This document shows, one piece after another, positions 56,165 through 64,000 of a DNA stretch of 64,000 nucleotides (positions within the stretch are counted from its first letter, which is position 1; every line of letters begins with the position of its first letter). Made by a program: the position numbers and the translations under genes. This DNA is from Eledone cirrhosa. Taxonomy: Eukaryota. Below the pieces are notes generated by a model. The model saw nothing but the letters and a program-made list of their open reading frames with translations, did not search any database and had not been told where the DNA came from. Where the stretch lies: assembly GCA_964016885.1 (NCBI GenBank), contig OZ024740.1, positions 322,896,001 through 322,960,000 on the forward strand, in the 5' to 3' direction.

Positions 56165-56363
56165 CAGAGAGAGAGAGAGAGATATAGAATATTAGAATGG
56201 GTGTTTAAAACAGCATAGTCCATACAACATGAAGTAGCATTCAATACTTATAGGTAGAATGTCAATTTTGTTTGCTGTGTAGTAACTTCGAAGTTCCATC
56301 TTGGTTTAGAGAGACAGCGATAGAGAGGTGGAGAGAGAGAGAGAGAGAGGGGGAGAGAGAGAG

Positions 56364-56439
<76 letters not shown>

Positions 56440-56482
56440 GATAGAGAGAGAGAGTGTGTGTGTGTGTCTGTGTGTGTGTGTC

Positions 56483-56515
<33 letters not shown>

Positions 56516-56661
56516 TGAGATAGAGGGAGAGAGAAGGGGATGTGTAGGGAAAACCTTGAATATTTGTTGTGTATGTCCAGACAAGAGTATTTAATAGTAG
56601 CGAGAGTAGAATGTACGTAAACATACATGGCAACATTCACGTGTACGTCATGCACTTTTAT

Positions 56662-56707
<46 letters not shown>

Positions 56708-56791
56708 GTATATATGAGCGCATGTTTGAGTATTCAAATAATCATAGTGATTTTTATATATAAAATATAATTGACATAGAAATATATATAA

Positions 56792-56844
<53 letters not shown>

Positions 56845-56845
56845 T

Positions 56846-56951
<106 letters not shown>

Positions 56952-57667
56952 GTGTGTGTATAAGTGTGTGTGCGCGCGTGCTGGTGGGCTTGCGGGTGAG
57001 CGTGTGGTTGTACGTGTAGGTATGCGTGCGAGTATGAGTGCGGGTGTGCATATGGGTGTAGGTCTGGGTGTGCATGTATTTGAGTGTTTGATAAAAATCA
57101 ACTAGGATCATTAACATAAAAGCCAGTTTTCAATAGCAATATAAATTCTTCTTTATGCTGTAAAAATAATCACTGTAACTTCTTTTAACATTTCAAAATG
57201 GCGGCTATCTTATTATCGACTGAATAACTTTGAATCTTAAACTAATGTTATTTCTTTGTTTGTCTTTTCTTTCATCATCAATCTTCTTGTTTATATTGAA
57301 ACACAGAAGAAAATAAAAATAAACACAACACGTTTCTTTTCTAAAGAGGCTCAATAAATTAAGTTTATATAAATTATTCAAAATTTTATTTCAATTTTTC
57401 TAATATTTATGTCGTTCTTTGAAGAACCATCATCTTCAAATAACCGTAGATTTTCGTGCTGCTTAAAACGGCTGCATGTATATGAGTCTAAAAGCTATCA
57501 GCAGACAGATAGATATAGAGATAAATTGATGAATGTACATTAACAGACACATAGATTGATAATATACACAAAAATATTTACTGATATATATAAATACATA
57601 TAAATATATATATATATATATTTATATGTATGGACGTGTATGTTTCTATATACGTACGTATATGTGT

Positions 57668-57764
<97 letters not shown>

Positions 57765-58186
57765 TATATGTACACAGATACGTACTGAAATACTGAAGAC
57801 ATGACACTGTGTTGTAGTTTAATCATTTAAAATTATTATTTTTTCATATTTCCTTATTAGTCATTTATGTTGTGTTTAGAACAAAATATTCGCCAGTCCA
57901 TTAGTGTTTCAATGACTTCTCGGTTGACCACACATTTATGAGAAACCGTTACACTACATCAAAATACAGAAGACAAAGTATTAATTGATAACATTATCTT
58001 AGTATATTTTACTTACTAAAAAATATGTATGTATATGTAGATGAAGCAAACAATCTTATTATGATAAAGCAGAAACAAATAATTAACTGATAAGAACAGC
58101 TACGTCAGTATGGTTAACTAATTTACAGTTCGGTCATGAGGTTAAGCGTTCAATACCACTCTGTGGCCTCTTGGGTAAGTGTCTTC

Positions 58187-58255
<69 letters not shown>

Positions 58256-58268
58256 CATATATGTGTGT

Positions 58269-58359
<91 letters not shown>

Positions 58360-58362
<3 letters not shown>

Positions 58363-58740
58363 AAAGGTCTGTACATGCGAAGAAAGCTGGGTAGAGAACC
58401 AAAGTCAGCACTCGATACAGAGTAGAGTGTATACAATAAGAACAAAGTGGAGGTGTTACATAGGAGATTTATTGCTCAATCCTGGATACAAATGTTCCTC
58501 AATCATCTGGCTCTTGATTAGGGTTGGCACCCCCAGACCAGACTAATCAAGGCTGATCCTCAGACCAACGCTAACACAACAAAATTTTGTTGTGACTTTT
58601 GTTGTGTTAACATTGGTCTGAGGATCAGCCTTGGAGTCTGGTCTGGGGTGTCAACCGTAATCATGAGCCAGCTGATTTAGAAACATTTGTAACCAGGATT
58701 GAGCAATAAATCTCCTATGTAACGGCACTTTTTTCTTATC
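58360..58740. mobile_element. Fold-back pLTR-like element with ~140-bp arms
   Basis: Arms about 58438-58584 and 58597-58740; microsatellites on both sides. Confidence 0.8.
58613..58696 (+). ncRNA. Hammerhead with enlarged stem II
   Basis: ttggt-CTGAGGA-tcagc...gctga-ttta-GAAA-catttg-TA-accag. Confidence 0.65.
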
Positions 58741-59419
58741 ATATATATATATATATATAAACATCATATCCAAAGCACTGAGAGAATAAAGATTATTTTC
58801 CGCCTGTAAATCTGGAAGGGTCTTCAACATATTTTATACGCTATGCTATAGCAACTGATTCGATGTACAGTTAAGTTCTGCGTCTAAGTATACTACACAC
58901 GCATATATATATATAGATATATATAAATATAGAAAAGATTGAAAGAGAAGGGGGACAAGGAACAGGGTGCTGGCGCATAAATTTGACTGGAAGAAGGAAA
59001 TAAAGAAAGGCGATTTGCTAGACAAGTTCACACAAACACACATCTTCATCCTCAACAGCTCAAAATGGTTTTGCAGATTTAATTGAGAGTACCACTTTAA
59101 ATTGCTGCATCGTGCAACAGACAGATAAATCTTTCTGCAGTTATGATGTGTGTATGGTAAAACAAATAACACAGATAGAAGGACCAAAGAAGAAAAAGAA
59201 AAGAAAACTGGAGCAACGTGAAACAAAGTGGGTTACTTAAAATCAAAACTCATTGCCCGGTTTGGGAATCGAACCTACAACCCAAAAATGTTAATCCCAA
59301 CACTCTGAGCACTAAGCCACGAGTTACCACACTTCCCTTCCCCCACACACGAATATATCTGTGTATATATAACACTTCCTTGTTCACATATGTTTTTTAG
59401 GCATCATATCATGTTACCT

Positions 59420-59490
59420 TATTTTATCTGATGAGAACGCAACTATCGTCCCAGGATGATATTTGTTTTTGAAATGCGCATAATAAAATA
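59420..59490 (+). ncRNA. Minimal type I hammerhead with palindromic stem III (family C)
   Basis: tattttat/ataaaata stem I, CTGATGA 59428-59434, tatcgtcc/ggatgata in stem II, GAAA 59471-59474, tgcgca, TA. Confidence 0.85.
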
Positions 59491-59633
59491 TATGGAACTT
59501 TTTTAACCATCTTTTAATTTCTTCTTAGATATACTCCAGTCCAATAAACTGTTGAGTGCTACTTATCCGATATATGCATAGTTTTATTGTTCTACAATAA
59601 AACTCACCTCCTACATTATATATATATATATAT

Positions 59634-59818
59634 AATTGTTTCTACTTTAGGCACAAGGCCAGCAATTACCCAGTACATTACTGGTACTTTATTTTATCGA
59701 CTCCGTAAGGATGAAAGGCAAAGTCAACCTCGGCGAGATTTGAACTCAGATCGTAAAGGGACGTAACTATGGGAAAGCATGGCGTCCGACTCTCTACCGA
59801 TACTGCCAATCCACTGCC
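59634..59818 (-). mobile_element. Main-family SINE
   Basis: Matches the family consensus. Confidence 0.85.
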
Positions 59819-59825
59819 ATATATA

Positions 59826-59871
<46 letters not shown>

Positions 59872-59918
59872 AATTTCTTTGAGAGTGAGACAAATAAACG
59901 AGCAGATGAGAACGTTTC

Positions 59919-60039
<121 letters not shown>

Positions 60040-60137
60040 GGGAAAGAGAGAAGGAGTGATAGCTAGCTAGCGAGATAGATAGAGTAACTGTTTAAGAGAG
60101 AGAAAGAGAGAGCGAGAGAGAGAGAGAGAGGAGAGAA

Positions 60138-60210
<73 letters not shown>

Positions 60211-60418
60211 TGAGAGAGAGAGTGAGATGTGTTCTGTATTTCAAAGCCAACAACAGAAATAAAGGCAATGGAATATAGTAGGATAGAGTGAGGAGTAGTG
60301 GGGGAGCGAGGTGAAAGTTTTAATTCCTATATTTAAATATGAATTACGACAAGGATCTTTCTCTGAATTTCTATTTAGAATATGAATTAGGAGCATGGAT
60401 TATCTCCCTTCTTATCAG

Positions 60419-60486
60419 CTCTTCAATCATTTAACATCTTTCAAGAGGCCTGGTTAAATGATCCGTCAAGATATCTCACAACGAAG
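60419..60486 (+). CDS. Possible short internal exon
   Basis: Pyrimidine-rich acceptor ending cttatcag, open frame LQSFNIFQEAWLNDPSRYLTTK, weak donor AAG|gtcgtt; no homologue recognised. Confidence 0.2.
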
Positions 60487-60499
60487 GTCGTTTCTGTCT

Positions 60500-60613
60500 T
60501 GTCGTTATCGTCGTTGTCGTCGTCGTCGTCGTCGTAGTAGTAGTAGTAGTAGTAGAAGAAGAAGTAGTAGTAGTAGTAGTAGTAGTACTAGTAGTAGAAG
60601 AAGTAGTAGTAGT

Positions 60614-60692
<79 letters not shown>

Positions 60693-61545
60693 ATAGCAGC
60701 AGTAATTGTAGTTGTTGTTGTAGTGTTAGTGGTCGTCCAAATGGTAATGGTGGTAGTAGTATTTGAGCTGGTTGTGGTAGTAGAGGTGGTAGTAGAAGTG
60801 GTGGTTGTGGTAGTAGAGGTGGTAGTAGAAGTGATGGTTGTTGTAGTAGAGGTGGTAGTAGTAGCAGTAGTAATAGTCATAGTAGTAATAGCAGCAGTAA
60901 TTGTAGTTGTAGTAGTGTTAGTGGTGGTCAATGTGGTAATGTTGGTGGTAGTAGTATTTGAGGTGGTTGTTGTAGTAGAGGTGGTAGTAGAAGTGGTGGT
61001 TGTGGTAGTAGAAGTGGTAGTAGAAGTTGTGGTTGTGGTAGTAGAGGTGGTAATAAAGGTGGTAGTAGAGGTGGCAGTAGAGGTGGTAGTAGAAGTGGTA
61101 GTAGAGGTGGTAGTAGACGAGGTGGTTGTGGTAGTAGAGGTGGTAGTAGAGGTGGTAGTAGAGGTGGTAGTAGAAGTGGTGGTTGTGGTAGTAGAAATGG
61201 TGGTTGTGCTAGTAAAGGTGGTAGTCGTATTTGAGGTAGTTGTGGTAGTAGAGGGTGGTAGTATTATTTGAGGTAGTTGTGGTAGTAGAGGTGGTAGTAG
61301 AAGTGGTGGTTGTGGTAGTAGAGGTGGTAGTAGAATTTGTGGTTGTGGTAGTAGAGGTGGGTAGTAGATGTGGTGGTTGTGGTAGTAGAGGTGTAGTAGA
61401 ATTTGTGGTTGTGGTAGTAGAAGTGGTAGTAGAGGTGGTAGTAGAAGTTGTGTTTGTGGTAGTAGAGGTGGTAGTAGAAGTAGTGTTGGTGGCGTAGTTG
61501 GGGCGGTGGTAGTATTAATAGTAGTATTTGTAATAGCATTTGTAT
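60500..61545. repeat. (GTA/GTG/GAG) compound low-complexity tract with internal ~195-bp duplication
   Basis: agtaatagcagcagtaattgtagttg block at about 60688 and 60883. Confidence 0.9.
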
Positions 61546-61615
61546 TAGTAGAGACGCTGATTGTTGTTGTTGTTGTTTTTAAACTCTTAAACTTTCTCTT
61601 CTGCATCATCATCAT

Positions 61616-61658
<43 letters not shown>

Positions 61659-62039
61659 GTCGTCGTCTTCTTCTTCTTCTTCTTCTTCTTCTTCCTTCTT
61701 CTTCTTCTTCTTCTTCTTCTTCTTCTTCTTCTTCTTCTTCTTCTTCGTCGTCGTCGTCATCATCATCATCATTATCATCACCCCCCCCCCAATATCCCAT
61801 TTTTCCGCCACCACCGCCATCATATTTCAAATTTTCATAATGCTTCTTAAGTCAATCGGTTGTTTACACCTGTAGCTACAGGCTTAAAATCTAAAAAAAA
61901 CCCACAAAACACAAGAAATCCGATTTTCTAGACTATTATTATAGTCATTTGCTTTGGGATGACTACACAATAACATACACACTGTAAACAAACGCACCCA
62001 CAACTGTATATACACAAACACATATACTTCCATACAGAC

Positions 62040-62135
<96 letters not shown>

Positions 62136-62244
62136 AGACGTAAAATAAGAAAATTATAAAATTAAATAAGTTATAATATACTGTACCGATTGTGTTGTTA
62201 TTTCTGTTTACCTTTTACATATATATATATATATATATATATTT

Positions 62245-62353
62245 CGTTTCTGAATTTGTTTAGCAAGATTCTTTATCTGAAATCGTGTGTTGAAACCGAT
62301 ATTGTTATACTTTGGGAGGGTCACTTATTGGCAACATGACCCTCCCAAAGTAT

Positions 62354-62360
<7 letters not shown>
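62245..62360. mobile_element. Family B fold-back fragment
   Basis: atattgttatactttgggagggtca / tgaccctcccaaagtataacaatat perfect inverted repeat. Confidence 0.7.
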
Positions 62361-62417
<57 letters not shown>

Positions 62418-62421
<4 letters not shown>

Positions 62422-62545
62422 CTGTCGAAACGGCCGGAGCTCACCCGTCGGGGGTCATGTATCTATTCATATTACCCACTCTACTACTCCAAGTATCGAG
62501 TACTCTGGTGTGTTATGGTCCACCTGGTATTTTATCACACCCTAT
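62418..62545 (+). mobile_element. Family A pLTR fragment (hammerhead 3' half plus tail)
   Basis: tagctgtcGAAAcggccggagctcacccGTCgggggtc...gtatcgagtact. Confidence 0.75.
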
Positions 62546-62619
62546 CTGTTCTCTTTCTCTCTCTCTCTCTCTCTCTAGATATATATATATATCTATCTAA
62601 AAAAAGTCTAAAGTCTGTC

Positions 62620-62820
62620 TTAAGCCAGAATTCTCATTTGGCCGGTGCTTATCCCAGTTTCGTGGCGTGAAGCGACTGAGAGTACAAGACTCCCCCCATG
62701 GACAGGACGCCAGTCCATCTCAGCGTTAAACCTCCAGCTATTGCTGGTACTCATTTTCAGCTGAGTATACTGGAGCAACGTGAAATGAAGTGTTTTGTTC
62801 AAGAACACAACACGCAACTC
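62620..62820 (-). mobile_element. CORE-like SINE body with conserved central domain
   Basis: Minus strand gttcttgaacaaaacactt...gatggactggcgtcctgtcca...gaaactgggataagcaccgg. Confidence 0.65.
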
Positions 62821-62841
62821 TTACCACTAGGCCACGTGCCT

Positions 62842-62902
<61 letters not shown>

Positions 62903-64000
62903 ATAAAAAGTTACAGTATCATAAATGAGGATAGAAAGAGGCGGTATAAGAGATGCGATACAGAGTATTACCTGCCAAAAGCGGCTGCATACGTGCTCGA
63001 TGCTTATGTTATCAGGGTTAAATATTAGAGAAAGTTAATATTTAGTGTACGAGGACAGGCAGAACGGTGATAAGCAAAATGATTAATGAAAGAGTTACAA
63101 GCCGTTACAACATATTTTTATAAAGCTCTTATATATATATATTATTTCCGTATACTTATTATTTGTTATATTCATTTTATAACGGTTCAAAGTATATTTT
63201 TGATGATGCTTTATGACTTCACGCCTACCTCTGTAGAAAACCAGAACTAAAGTCTTCGTTGATGGATTAAAAGTAGGAAATAGAAAAACAAACAAGCAAA
63301 CAAACACTCAGTGAAAAGGGAGGATAATCCAATCTAGATGTCAAAGCTTAGTAGCTTGATTAATTTGAATATCTACTCAGTAAATGAACAACTGAATAAT
63401 TTATCTCATGAACAATGATTCATTGATATACTGCATAATATTTCCAAGTTCACAAAATCCCTTCTCTTAAAAAATACAGATTTATTTAAATAATTTATCT
63501 ATAGTCTTTTGCATTGTTCTTCTTCTTGTGGGGTGTTATTACTGTTATTGTTGTTGTACTATTGTTGTTGTGGTTGTTATTGTTGTTGTTGTTGGTGTGG
63601 TTGTTATTGTTATTGTTGTTGGTGTTGTTAATCTATTGTTGTTGTGGTTGTTATATTTATTGTTGTTGGTGTTGTTGTTGTTAGTGTCACTATGGTTGTT
63701 ATTGTTGTTGTTGTGGTTGTTATATTTATTGCTGTTGGTGTTGTTAATGTATTGTTGTTGTTGTTGTTGCTATTGTTATGGTTGTTGTTGTTGTTGTTGA
63801 TGATGATATTGTTATGGTTGTTGATGGTATTGGTATGGTTGTTGATGAGGATGTTGTTGTTGGTATTGTTATGGTTGTTTTTGTTGTTGCTGTTGGTATT
63901 GTTATGGTTGTTGTTGGTATTGTTATGGTTGTTGATGTTATTGTTGTTATTATGGTTGTTGATGTTATTGTTGTTGGTATTATTATGGTTGTTGATGTTG

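Noticed and set aside
60476-61657. 393-aa Thr-rich mucin-like ORF (also 40048-40905)
   Set aside because: Low-complexity GTA/GTG/GTT repeats open in several frames on both strands; no signal peptide or non-repetitive domain.

Overview
This is AT-rich, microsatellite-saturated eukaryotic non-coding DNA. The repeat content (one very abundant tRNA-derived SINE, CORE-like SINEs, long (TA)n/(CA)n/(GA)n/(TACA)n tracts) resembles an octopod cephalopod genome; that assignment is an inference. No intact host gene is supportable, and nearly all ORFs in the track are microsatellite artefacts. Recognisable coding remnants are all transposon-derived: two Penelope-like elements (PLE; RT and/or C-terminal GIY-YIG with a Cys-rich linker), R4/Dong-like and CRE-like restriction-like-endonuclease LINE fragments, RTE fragments and a Tc1/mariner C-terminus. 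Two non-autonomous Helitrons are also present. The most notable signal is a dense set of type I hammerhead ribozyme (HHR) motifs: about 10 complete or near-complete, plus several halves, from at least 6 dissimilar sequence families. Most lie in short fold-back elements embedded in (TA)n. They include a U3-A8 core variant and long or branched stem II variants. The families share a short motif (approx. GTATYGAGTRCT) about 40-70 nt 3' of the cleavage site. All structures were folded by eye; element boundaries are approximate.
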